Virus record (IMG/VR): IMGVR_UViG_3300044997_000902
Span: 4,076 to 68,075 of that record
Origin: a virus
DNA length: 64,000 bases
Strand: one strand, 5' to 3'
The stretch's first letter is position 1. Each line of letters opens with the position of its first letter. Made by a program: the position numbers and the translations under genes. The notes below the pieces were generated by a model that was given only the letters and a program-made list of their open reading frames with translations, was not told the DNA's origin and did no database searches. Shown in pieces: positions 9,591 to 19,600 of the stretch.

Positions 9591-12111
9591 TTTTATAAAT
9601 TCATTCAAAAAGATTGAATTACCTCTTTATGGGGTAAGACTACCAGAATTTAAAGTTAAATCAGAGTATAAAAGGGGTCTAGCTTTATCTGAAGACGCCT
9701 CTAATACAGATTTCTTAAAGAAGCTGGCATATTCTAAATTGCCAGTAGGCAAAGACTATAAAAAACGTCTTGATCATGAATTTGAAATTATAGAAGATTT
9801 AGGTTTCATTGACTATATAATCTTAGTCTGGTTAGTTATTAATTATTGCAAGGAAAATAAAATTCCTACAGGTTTAGGAAGAGGAAGCGCAGCGGGAAGT
9901 CTTATTTTATTTTTAATAGGAGTAACTAAGATTGATCCAATTAAACACAATCTTTACTTCGAAAGATTTATATCTAAAATTAGAGCTAAAAAGCAAGTCG
10001 TAAATGGAATAACATATCTGGATGGAAGTTTGATGTGTGATGTTGATTTAGATATTTGTTATTATAATCGTCATAAAGTAATCGATTTCTTAAACGAAAT
10101 ATTTCCAAATAGAATTAGTAAAATATTAACCTTTAATACTCTTAGTGGAAAGTTATTAATCAAGGAGTGCGGAAAAATAGTAGAAGAAAAAAGTGAAACA
10201 GAGATGACTAGTGTTAGCTCTTTGATTCCAAAGATATTCGGACAGGTTAAAGATATCTCTGAAGCCTATCGAGATGTTGAAAAATTTAAAGAATGGTGTG
10301 ATGAAAATCCTGATATTTATAGTATAGCTTTGAAATTAAGAAATTTAATTAAGAATAAAGGTGTTCATCCTTCGGGAGTTCAAATTTCTCATAGTCCTTT
10401 GTCAGAAACTTGCCCATTAGAATTATCTTCAGATAAAGAACAAGTAAGCGCTTTTGATATGAACGATATTAGTCAGTTCAATGTCAAGTTAGACCTTTTA
10501 GGCTTAAGGAGTGTTTCTGTAGTTTATGATGTATGCAGCATGATAAATAAAAATATTGAAGATATAGACATAGAAGATAATTTTATATATCAACAATTAC
10601 AATTTTTAAGAAGTCCACATGGACTGTTTCAGATTGAAGCAGATACAAATTTTAAAGTTTGCAAAAAAGTTAAACCAAGAAATTCAGAAGAGCTGAGCGC
10701 AGTACTAGCATTGGCAAGACCTGGAGCTTTGCAATTCGTAGATCAATATGCAAAATATGTAGAAACTGGAGAATTCCAATCTATCCATCCATTTTTTGAC
10801 GATATCTTAAAACGAACAGGTGGAGTAGCCTTATATCAAGAACAGTTGATGCAAATGGCAAGTAAGATAGGTTTCACTTTAGATGAAGCAGAAATTTTAA
10901 GAAGAATCGTAGGAAAGAAAAAAGTAGAAGAAATTAAGGCTTGGAAAGAGAAAATTGAAAAGAAATGCGTTAAGAATAATTTACCAAAAGAGGTAGGCGA
11001 AGTTTTATGGAAGATTTTAGAAGATTCTGTGAATTATTCTTTTAATGCAAGTCATAGTCAAAGTTACGCAGCATTAGCTGCAATAACTATTTATTTGAAA
11101 TTTAAATATCCTAAAGAATTTTTTCTCTCCTTGCTTAAAATGACAAGATTCGAGCCTGACCCAATAACAGAAATATCTAAAATTCATAAAGAAATGGATT
11201 TATTCGATATCAAATTATTACCTCCACATATTGTTAAATCTGAAATGGATTTTAGTGTAGAAGGAAATAATATAAGATTTGGTCTTCTTTCTATTAAAGG
11301 AATTTCAGATAAATCAATTGAAAGACTAAATAATTTTAGGAATAAATATGCTACAAAATTTGATGTATTTAAATCTGCTCAACAGGCTAAATTATCTATT
11401 AGAGTTTTATCTCCTCTTATACAGGCTGGAGCATTAGAAAATTTTAAACAATCAAGAAGTAAAGTTGTATTAGAAGCTCAATTATGGAATATATTAACTC
11501 AGAATGAGCAAAAATACGCGATGATGTATGGAGAAAAATTTGATTATGATTTATTCAAAATTATTAAATTTTTGAATGCCACGAAAGATGAAAAAGGCAA
11601 GTTTATAATTAAAGAAGCTAGGCTTGAAACAATTAGAAAATCTTATGATCCATACAAAAAGATATACGAACAAAATAGCAAAAATGAAAGATTTGCAAAT
11701 TGGTATTATGAAAATAAATTATTAGGTTATACATATAACACTACATTAAAAGATATTTTCTCAGATCAAAAGCCAGATCTTCTCAATATAAGAGAAGTCA
11801 ATGAAGCTCCTCAAAACCTACCAGTACTATTTATAGGAGTTATTAAAGATGAATATTTGGGTACATCTAATAACAGTAAGAAAACAAGATATTTAAGATT
11901 AAATGTCCAAGATGAAACATCTACAATTAACGCTCTTATATTTAATGATAAGATTGAAGAATGTAAAGAGATGAACAGTTTTCTGCCCGAAGAAAATAAT
12001 ATTGTTATTGTAAAAGGTAAAAAGAAAAGTGAAGATGCGGTTTTTGCAGACCTAATAGCCGTTCAAGATCATAAAATATTTATGAAATTAGGAGAAATTA
12101 AAGAAAAATAA
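9574..12111 (+). CDS. dnaE: DNA polymerase III alpha catalytic core (family C), lacking PHP
   Basis: GRGSAAGSL, FERF, DVDLD, HPSGV, KLDLLGL, YQEQLM, YSFNASH, IRFGL..IKG, C-terminal OB fold. Confidence 0.96.
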   Translation: MTTNIDFINSFKKIELPLYGVRLPEFKVKSEYKRGLALSEDASNTDFLKKLAYSKLPVGKDYKKRLDHEFEIIEDLGFIDYIILVWLVINYCKENKIPTGLGRGSAAGSLILFLIGVTKIDPIKHNLYFERFISKIRAKKQVVNGITYLDGSLMCDVDLDICYYNRHKVIDFLNEIFPNRISKILTFNTLSGKLLIKECGKIVEEKSETEMTSVSSLIPKIFGQVKDISEAYRDVEKFKEWCDENPDIYSIALKLRNLIKNKGVHPSGVQISHSPLSETCPLELSSDKEQVSAFDMNDISQFNVKLDLLGLRSVSVVYDVCSMINKNIEDIDIEDNFIYQQLQFLRSPHGLFQIEADTNFKVCKKVKPRNSEELSAVLALARPGALQFVDQYAKYVETGEFQSIHPFFDDILKRTGGVALYQEQLMQMASKIGFTLDEAEILRRIVGKKKVEEIKAWKEKIEKKCVKNNLPKEVGEVLWKILEDSVNYSFNASHSQSYAALAAITIYLKFKYPKEFFLSLLKMTRFEPDPITEISKIHKEMDLFDIKLLPPHIVKSEMDFSVEGNNIRFGLLSIKGISDKSIERLNNFRNKYATKFDVFKSAQQAKLSIRVLSPLIQAGALENFKQSRSKVVLEAQLWNILTQNEQKYAMMYGEKFDYDLFKIIKFLNATKDEKGKFIIKEARLETIRKSYDPYKKIYEQNSKNERFANWYYENKLLGYTYNTTLKDIFSDQKPDLLNIREVNEAPQNLPVLFIGVIKDEYLGTSNNSKKTRYLRLNVQDETSTINALIFNDKIEECKEMNSFLPEENNIVIVKGKKKSEDAVFADLIAVQDHKIFMKLGEIKEK

Positions 12112-12112
12112 C

Positions 12113-12141
12113 TTGATTTCTTTTATAAAACTTGATAATAT
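12113..12141 (+). promoter_or_regulatory. sigma70-type promoter
   Basis: TTGATT-N17-TAATAT (TATAAT also at 12141-12146); ATG at 12149. Confidence 0.5.
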
Positions 12142-12148
12142 ATAATAT

Positions 12149-12733
12149 ATGATACAAATATATAAACCAACACCTCGTAATACTGGTACAGCTTGTAGCT
12201 TTTCATTCAATAATCTTGATGGTAATTTTTATTTAAATTTAATTAAACAAGCCTCTTGGAATGATCAAAAGAAAATCGGTAGTTTTGCTGAAAACGCTCA
12301 AAATCCAGAAAAAAAGGTAGTAGTTAAATTATCTAAAATTGAAGCGTGTGGCATTTTAGATGCTCTCGACCACAATAGAACAGCAGATTTTTTTCATAAT
12401 TCAGAAAATCAAAAATTAGGTATTAAATTTTCTCCCTATATTAGGGAGGACAAACAAATTGGGTATAGCCTAAATGTTATAAAAAATTCCAAAACTCAGA
12501 CCGCTCAGCCAGCAGTAAGTTTTCTTATCGGATTTACATTCTCAGAAGCGAGACTTGTCGCAGAATATATTAAATTTGGCTTGGGGCATATATTCTCTAC
12601 AGAGCGTAGCGAAGAAATAAAAAAGTTAAAAAATATTAAATCAAAAGCTATCGAAGATAGAAAGCACAAGGACCAAGTAGAAGACTTAACAGAAGAAGGC
12701 AATCTCTCAGAACAAGAAGACGATCTTTGGTAA
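12149..12733 (+). CDS. Putative ssDNA-binding protein, Whirly/PC4-like fold, acidic tail
   Basis: IYK...KVVVKLSKIEACGIL...DFFH...IGFTFSEARLV..YIKF resembles Whirly; ends EQEDDLW; directly follows dnaE. Confidence 0.55.
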   Translation: MIQIYKPTPRNTGTACSFSFNNLDGNFYLNLIKQASWNDQKKIGSFAENAQNPEKKVVVKLSKIEACGILDALDHNRTADFFHNSENQKLGIKFSPYIREDKQIGYSLNVIKNSKTQTAQPAVSFLIGFTFSEARLVAEYIKFGLGHIFSTERSEEIKKLKNIKSKAIEDRKHKDQVEDLTEEGNLSEQEDDLW

Positions 12734-12738
12734 AAAGA

Positions 12739-14658
12739 ATGCGAAAAAAGATCGTCTTTCAATCTGATTTCTCATTAGCAAAAACTGGTTTTGGCAGAAA
12801 CGCCAAAGCAATTCTAAAATATCTATATAAAACTAATAAATATGATATTGTACATTATTGCTGTGGAATGCAGAAGGGTAATAATCAGCTGGAAAGAACT
12901 CCCTGGAAAAGTTGTGGAGCCTTGCCGAACACACATCAAGAACTTGAGAAATTAAATAAAGATCCTCATCTGGCTAGACTGGCGAGTTATGGAGCCCATC
13001 TTTTAGATGAAGTAATTAAGGAAGAGAGACCAGATGTATACATAGCTGTGCAAGATATATGGGGTGTAGATTTTGCGATTAATAAGCCATGGTTTAATAA
13101 AATTAATTCTGTTATATGGACTACATTAGATTCTTTACCGATTTTAGATTCTGCTGTAAAATGTGCACCAAAAGTCAAAAATTATTGGATTTGGAGCGAT
13201 TTCGCTACCAAAGAGTTGCATAAGCATGGCCACGTTCATGTTAAAACTGTCCATGGAGCTTTAGATATAGAAAATTTTTATCGTTTATCAGATGAAAAAA
13301 GATTAAATCTTAGAAGAAAGTTCAATATTGAAGAAAATAAATTTATTGCTGGTTTTGTTTTTAGAAATCAATTAAGAAAAAGTGTTCCCAATTTGTTAGA
13401 AGGGTATGCCATATGGAAAAAAGAAAATAATATTAAAAATTCTGGTTTACTTTTGCATACCAGTTTTGGAGAGGGCTGGAACATAATGAAATTAGCAAAA
13501 GAATATAATATAGATGAAAAAGATATTTATACTACATATATATGCAAATTATGTGGAGATTATAAAATTAAAAATTTTACGGGACAAGATCAAAATTGCG
13601 AATCGTGTGGATTAGAAAAAACTTTAAGTACGACCAACGTTGGATTAGGAGTCTCTGAACAAGAATTGAATGAAATATATAATTTAATGGATGTTTATTG
13701 CCATCCATTTACAAGCGGTGGACAAGAAATACCTATTCAAGAGGCAAAACTTACAGAATTAATTACTTTAGTTACAAATTATAGTTGCGGAGAAGAAATG
13801 TGTAAGAAAGAAGCGGCAAGTTTACCTTTAAATTGGTTTGAATATAGAGAGCACGGAACAGAATTTATTAAAGCATCGACAGATCCAAAATCTATATCAG
13901 AAAATTTAAAAGTTGTTTCTTCCATGAGCGCAGAGGAAAGAAAAAGACTTGGTAAGCAAGCGAGAGAATGGACGATTAATAACTATTCAGTAGAAATTAT
14001 AGGCAAATTTATAGAAAATTTTATAGATTCTTGTGAAGAAACAAATAAAGATTTAACTTTTAAAACAGAAGAAAAAGATCCTTATATTCAAATTCCAGCA
14101 ATAGAAAATGATTCTGATTGGCTTAAGTTTATGTATGAAAACATATTGAAAATGAAAAATATTGATGAAAATGATGATGGACATAAGTATTGGATGAATG
14201 AAATTAAAAAGGGTATTAAAAGAATAGACATAGAAAGTTATTTCAGACAAGTCGCTTTACAAGACAATAATAAAAATAAATCTAGATCTTTTGATGATCT
14301 TCTAGATAAGAACGATGAAGGTAAAAGACTTCTTTATGTAATGCCAGAAAGCATTGGAGACGTATTCTTATCTACGAGCTTATTTAAATCTATAAAAGAA
14401 CAGTATCCAGAATATAATTTATATGTAGCAACAAAACCAGAATATTTTGATGTTTTGGAAGCGAATCCATATGTACATAAAGTCATTCAATATATACCTC
14501 AAATGGATAACCTAGTTTGGTTGGAGGGGATAGGACCCCATAAAGGATATTTTGATATTGCATTTTTACCCTATACTCAAACTCAAAGAGTTTTGACTTA
14601 TCTTCATAATGGAAAAACTAATATAGCTTATAAGGATTATAAATATGCATCTAGTTGA
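12739..14658 (+). CDS. GT4 glycosyltransferase with CxxC/CxxC insert, DUF4214-like segment and C-terminal GT9 N-domain
   Basis: KTGFGR, RNQLRK, IYNLMDVY..P...GGQEIPIQEA; CKLC/CESC; IGDVFLSTS..KSIKEQYP...NPYV. Confidence 0.85.
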   Translation: MRKKIVFQSDFSLAKTGFGRNAKAILKYLYKTNKYDIVHYCCGMQKGNNQLERTPWKSCGALPNTHQELEKLNKDPHLARLASYGAHLLDEVIKEERPDVYIAVQDIWGVDFAINKPWFNKINSVIWTTLDSLPILDSAVKCAPKVKNYWIWSDFATKELHKHGHVHVKTVHGALDIENFYRLSDEKRLNLRRKFNIEENKFIAGFVFRNQLRKSVPNLLEGYAIWKKENNIKNSGLLLHTSFGEGWNIMKLAKEYNIDEKDIYTTYICKLCGDYKIKNFTGQDQNCESCGLEKTLSTTNVGLGVSEQELNEIYNLMDVYCHPFTSGGQEIPIQEAKLTELITLVTNYSCGEEMCKKEAASLPLNWFEYREHGTEFIKASTDPKSISENLKVVSSMSAEERKRLGKQAREWTINNYSVEIIGKFIENFIDSCEETNKDLTFKTEEKDPYIQIPAIENDSDWLKFMYENILKMKNIDENDDGHKYWMNEIKKGIKRIDIESYFRQVALQDNNKNKSRSFDDLLDKNDEGKRLLYVMPESIGDVFLSTSLFKSIKEQYPEYNLYVATKPEYFDVLEANPYVHKVIQYIPQMDNLVWLEGIGPHKGYFDIAFLPYTQTQRVLTYLHNGKTNIAYKDYKYASS

Positions 14659-15817
14659 AACATATGCTTTAAATTGCGGTTTAAAGATTGATAAGCCATT
14701 CATATATGAGAAGTATTGTCCAATACCTTTCGATAAATACATATCTTTTCAATCTTGTAGCAAATACACATCTAAAAACTATGATTTTTGGCAAGAAGTA
14801 ATCAATCAGCTTATACCAAAGTTAAATGAAAAAAATATTCACATAATACAAATTGGTGGCAAAGATGAAAAACCAATAGATAACTGTTATCATCTGCAAG
14901 GTAAAACCACCATTAATCAAGCCGCTTATTTAATTAAAAGAGGTTTACTGCATTTTGGTGCGGATAGCTTTGGCGTTCATATAGCTAGCAGTTATGATAA
15001 ACCTATAGTTGTATTATATTCAAATAGTAGACCAGAAAATGCTGGACCATATTTTAACTCTAAGAATAAAGTTAAAATTCTAGAAATCGATAAACAAGAT
15101 AGAAAACCAAGCTATTCCGCAGAAGAATCGCCAAAGACAATTAATGAGATCGACCCAATTGAAATTGCTAATTCTATTTTAGAATTTTTAGATTTGACTA
15201 AATGCAATATGAAGACTGTGCATTTAGGTCAAGATTATAATAGGAAATTAATAGAATCTGTACCAAATTCAGTAATAGCAGATATATCTAAATTAGGCAT
15301 TAATTCATTAATAATGAGAATGGATTACGAATTTAACCAAGAGGTTCTCGAAGAGCAATTAAAAAGAAATAATTGTTCTATAGTAACGTCCAGACCTATA
15401 AATTATGATTTACTTAACAAATATAAAAATAATATTTCTCAAATTATTTACGATATCGGTGAGAATCAAAACTCTGATTTTGCAAGAGACCTAAAAAGAT
15501 TAGGAAAACCATTTGTATTATCAAGTTTTTTATCAGAGGATTTTATAAAATTAATTAAATTAGAATATATGGATTATGCTCAAATTATAAAATTAAATAA
15601 AACTACTAAAAATGATATTAAAAATTTAAAAGATAATCTAAGTGATTTATATTACAAATCAAATAAAATAACAATTAGTCAGGGTAAGATTTACAATTCT
15701 AAAGCCGCTTATATGAATAAGATTCCTTATAATGGCAATTCTATGAAGATTATAGATATTCCAGAGCTTTGGGAAGAGTCTAAATATTTATATATATTTG
15801 AGTTGACAAATAATTAA
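14645..15817 (+). CDS. GT9 (heptosyltransferase-like) C-terminal domain plus unknown domain
   Basis: HLVETY, KNYDFWQEV, IIQIGG, TTINQAAYLI, GADSFGVHIA...KPIVVLY. Confidence 0.8.
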   Translation: MHLVETYALNCGLKIDKPFIYEKYCPIPFDKYISFQSCSKYTSKNYDFWQEVINQLIPKLNEKNIHIIQIGGKDEKPIDNCYHLQGKTTINQAAYLIKRGLLHFGADSFGVHIASSYDKPIVVLYSNSRPENAGPYFNSKNKVKILEIDKQDRKPSYSAEESPKTINEIDPIEIANSILEFLDLTKCNMKTVHLGQDYNRKLIESVPNSVIADISKLGINSLIMRMDYEFNQEVLEEQLKRNNCSIVTSRPINYDLLNKYKNNISQIIYDIGENQNSDFARDLKRLGKPFVLSSFLSEDFIKLIKLEYMDYAQIIKLNKTTKNDIKNLKDNLSDLYYKSNKITISQGKIYNSKAAYMNKIPYNGNSMKIIDIPELWEESKYLYIFELTNN

Positions 15818-15831
15818 ATCTATAGTAATAT
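15803..15831 (+). promoter_or_regulatory. sigma70-type promoter
   Basis: TTGACA-N17-TAATAT; ATG at 15838. Confidence 0.6.
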
Positions 15832-15837
15832 TAACAA

Positions 15838-16626
15838 ATGGAAGAAACAATTTCAATTGGTAGTTCGGAACTCTCTAAAATAGAGCCTATTAAAACAGAA
15901 GTGATAATCCCTAAAACAACTATATCTCCTCCAAAACTTTTTATTAGAAATCAACATGGCCTACTAGAGAATGATAATATTAATTATCAATTTAATGATG
16001 ACGGCTCTATTAATTGGAGAGCCATGATAAAACAAAATTATCTTGTGCCAAATCGTCAAAAGACGCAAGAAACAGATATTTCGAAACTTGAAGACAAAGA
16101 TTTATTAATTCTTTTGGGAGGAATTAAAGAACTAGCTCAAATAAGAGGTTTTACTAGCGTTGAATATAAAGTAGTAACTGCCACAGAAAATTACTTTGCT
16201 ACATCTTGTAGGATTACTTGGGTGCCAAATTACGAAACAGAGAATCGTTCAGTTACATTTGAGGCGCTTGCAGATGCTTCTCTTGTAAATACAAAAGACT
16301 TTGCTAGATATTTTCTAGCTGCAATTGCAGAAAATAGAGCTTTTGTAAGATGTGTTCGTAACTTTTTGAAAATTAATATTGTTTCTCAAGAAGAACTAGG
16401 TGACGCAAAACTTGGTCTTGTTGTCAAGGAAGATACAGAAAAAGAAAACCCAATGAATCCTACGGTTCTTCTGGAAAAGATTATGCAAGAAAAAAATATT
16501 ACATTCGAAGTCTTAAAGAAGAAACTTGTAAAAGAAAAGTTTGAGAATGCTGAGTCTTTTAATTTTATCAAAGATGTACCCAAAAGCAAAGTGTTTGAAT
16601 TGATAGAAAGACTTAAAAAAGTTTAA
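15838..16626 (+). CDS. Putative single-strand annealing protein (Rad52/Sak-like)
   Basis: GGIKELA..RG, beta strands, ADAS and AIAENRAFVRCVR resemble the AE.RA..RA.R helix of phage annealases. Confidence 0.45.
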   Translation: MEETISIGSSELSKIEPIKTEVIIPKTTISPPKLFIRNQHGLLENDNINYQFNDDGSINWRAMIKQNYLVPNRQKTQETDISKLEDKDLLILLGGIKELAQIRGFTSVEYKVVTATENYFATSCRITWVPNYETENRSVTFEALADASLVNTKDFARYFLAAIAENRAFVRCVRNFLKINIVSQEELGDAKLGLVVKEDTEKENPMNPTVLLEKIMQEKNITFEVLKKKLVKEKFENAESFNFIKDVPKSKVFELIERLKKV

Positions 16627-19600
16627 TTTTTAATCATTAAGAAATTACCACTACGGTACACTCCACCAACAGGTAAAGAAGATGTACTTGTATGTTGTGG
16701 TAATTTACTAACATCTAAAATTATTGGGGACATATTAGTTCTATTTCCAGTGATATAAACTCCATTAGCAAAATTTAAAACCATAGTATTTTCTTGTGAT
16801 ATTTTTTTGATGCCACTAGAAGCATCACTAAATACAGTAGACCCAGAATTAGTTATATTAATATTATTACCCAAAGCAACACTATATGCTCCGCTGATTA
16901 TATTATTTGCTCCTCCCAAGATATTGGAAAATATTCCAGATACTATATTTGCAGTACCACCCAGTATTGAAGAATAGCCACGCTCTTCAATTTGGTCATT
17001 ATTAACAATTAGATTTCCGGAGCCGCCTAAAATATTAGTATATTGTAAATTGCCAGTAATTAAGTTATTGCTACCTCCTACAACAGTACAAAATGCACTT
17101 TTAGGATATTGAGCATCTAAATTAGTTACATCTATTATTCGATTGCTTCTTCCGCCAGGTATAAGATTAAAATCACCAACAATAGTATTATTAACTCCTC
17201 CAGCTATACTCGAAACTAATCCTTTAATATAATTACCTGTTCCTCCTCCGATAGTAGAACTACCTATATCATTAAATCCAAACGCCGCTAGTCGAGCATA
17301 ATTAAATATGCTTAGATTTGCTTTTGCAATATTAAAATCTCTATCAAGGTCTGTAGCCATATAATCGCATCTTAAACCAGTCATATTATCATAGGATAAT
17401 CTATCAGATAAAGATATCGAAAAACTATTGCTATCTTTATCATATACGTTCCATAAATAGACATAATTTTGAGTATAAACTTTAGTAAATACTCTTAATT
17501 CAGAATGATCAAATGTAGCAGGTAAATCTATATGAATTCTACCCGTAAAATCGATGTTTTTATCTACGATTTTAAGATTTTGAGCGCGGAATGAATTGTT
17601 TCCAGTATGATCTATAGCTAAGCAATTTATTTTTATAGATTCTCCAGAGCTAATTGAATTAGAAAGTTTTACGAATATTCCCGTTGTTGAAATATGATCT
17701 AAACTTAATAAATAATTATTTTCAATATTAGTATTTTCTACAGATAAAAATACAATTGGCAAGTTAGTTAAAGATCTATTAAAATTAATAGGAACAATAT
17801 TATCATGATAATTACCGCTACATGTAATTTTATTGACATAGAAGTTAGCATTATCAAAGGAATAGTATCCGGTTTTATATATTCCGACATTTAAAACGTG
17901 AGGCTCTTTTATTTTTTCAGTATAGTTTAAAAAGAAAAGCCCCGTTTTTAATCCAGATGTATAATAATTATAATAATTTTCTAATGGAGCTCCTGTCTGA
18001 ATGACGTTAATGAAAGTTGAATAGTCTTGAGTTATACCAGATATTAGATTGATTTGATAGCTACCAGATCCAGAAGGTATACCTGTTTGATATATTTGAA
18101 TATTATTATTAAATATATTTCCAGTATAGCCTAATGCATTTACATGTAAATATCCATCACTATGAGGATTGATTTCTGTAGCTAAATTAAACTTTAATCT
18201 ATTGTCTCCAGATCCAGAACATTGAGCAAGATAAAAGTATTCACTTCCTCGATCATATACATTAAAGAAATTTATCCTAGATCTTGCTTTTAAATCTAAA
18301 TCAAAATAGTTTTTATTACCAGAAGCTAGATTACTAAAAGGATAAACGTAAGAGATCTGCAAAGAAGCTCCGATATTTTCATCTGTACCCGTATAATAAC
18401 CTGTAGGCCCAATAAAATAGTTAATATATCCATTCGTATTTAAAGTATTAGGAAGCTCTATATTAAACCCACTTCGATCAATTTCACTTATAGTGGATAA
18501 TTTATAATTTCCGTCTGCCGAAAGAATGTAATCCATTAGAACAAGCGTATTTCCTCCAGTATAATTTACGAAATTTTTATTAAACTTAACTCTTTGATTT
18601 TTTATTCCTAAATTTAAACCCGTTCTAGCAGTTTTAAATTCACATACTTTATTCGTTCCATCTGCAGCAATAAAAGAGCCAGAATATAAATTCTCAGAAA
18701 GTAAACTGATCCAAGAATGAACTTTAATTACATCATCATTTTCTAATGAGGGAGATATGTTTAAAGTATAGTCTGTTGTTTTAATATCAGAAATATGTTC
18801 TATTTGATAAACGTTTTTATTACTTTCTAAGTTAACTAAAAATACTAAGTCGTTTGTAAAAATCTGAGCTAAATATTCAATTAAAAACACATCTCCACCA
18901 CTAATACTGGTTATGAATGATTCATTTGCGATTGCAGATAAGCCCGTGGAAGTTGCATCAATAACGTTTCCATATCCACCCACAATATTACAATAAGATC
19001 CATATAGAACATTACTTTCTCCACCCCCTATTGTAGAACTATCACTAAGAAAATTTTGAACTGTAGTAATCTTATTGTCTTTACCAGCTACAATACTACA
19101 CCTTCTTGATCCTGTTATTATATTAGAAGTCCCAAATATAAATACGTTATCATTTTTTCTATTTATCTTATTATTAATTCCTAGGGCCACAGAAGAATCA
19201 GCCTCTACAATATTATTCGCATTCTTAATATTTTTAGAAGTTGTTATGACTCCAGATAAAGGACCTAAAATATCTAAGCCTTCTCCATCAAATTTTATAT
19301 AACTATCTTGATTTCCAACCCTAAATTTTGGTTTTCCAAAATTATATCTATTATCATAACCCAAAAAGAAGCCACTTCCTTCATCTACATTTTTATCATT
19401 AACAGTTTTTATATATCCACTTGGAATACCTTCTTGTCCTATATTTAACGCTTCGGTAATGTTTGATTCTTCAGCTAATAATATTTGAGTTGCTGTTGCT
19501 GCAAATTCATTAGTAAACGGTATCCAATTTGGATTACCAGCTTGAGGTTCCGAATCTATATTTGTGTAAGCTGCGTACCAATAATTTACTCCTTCTCTTG

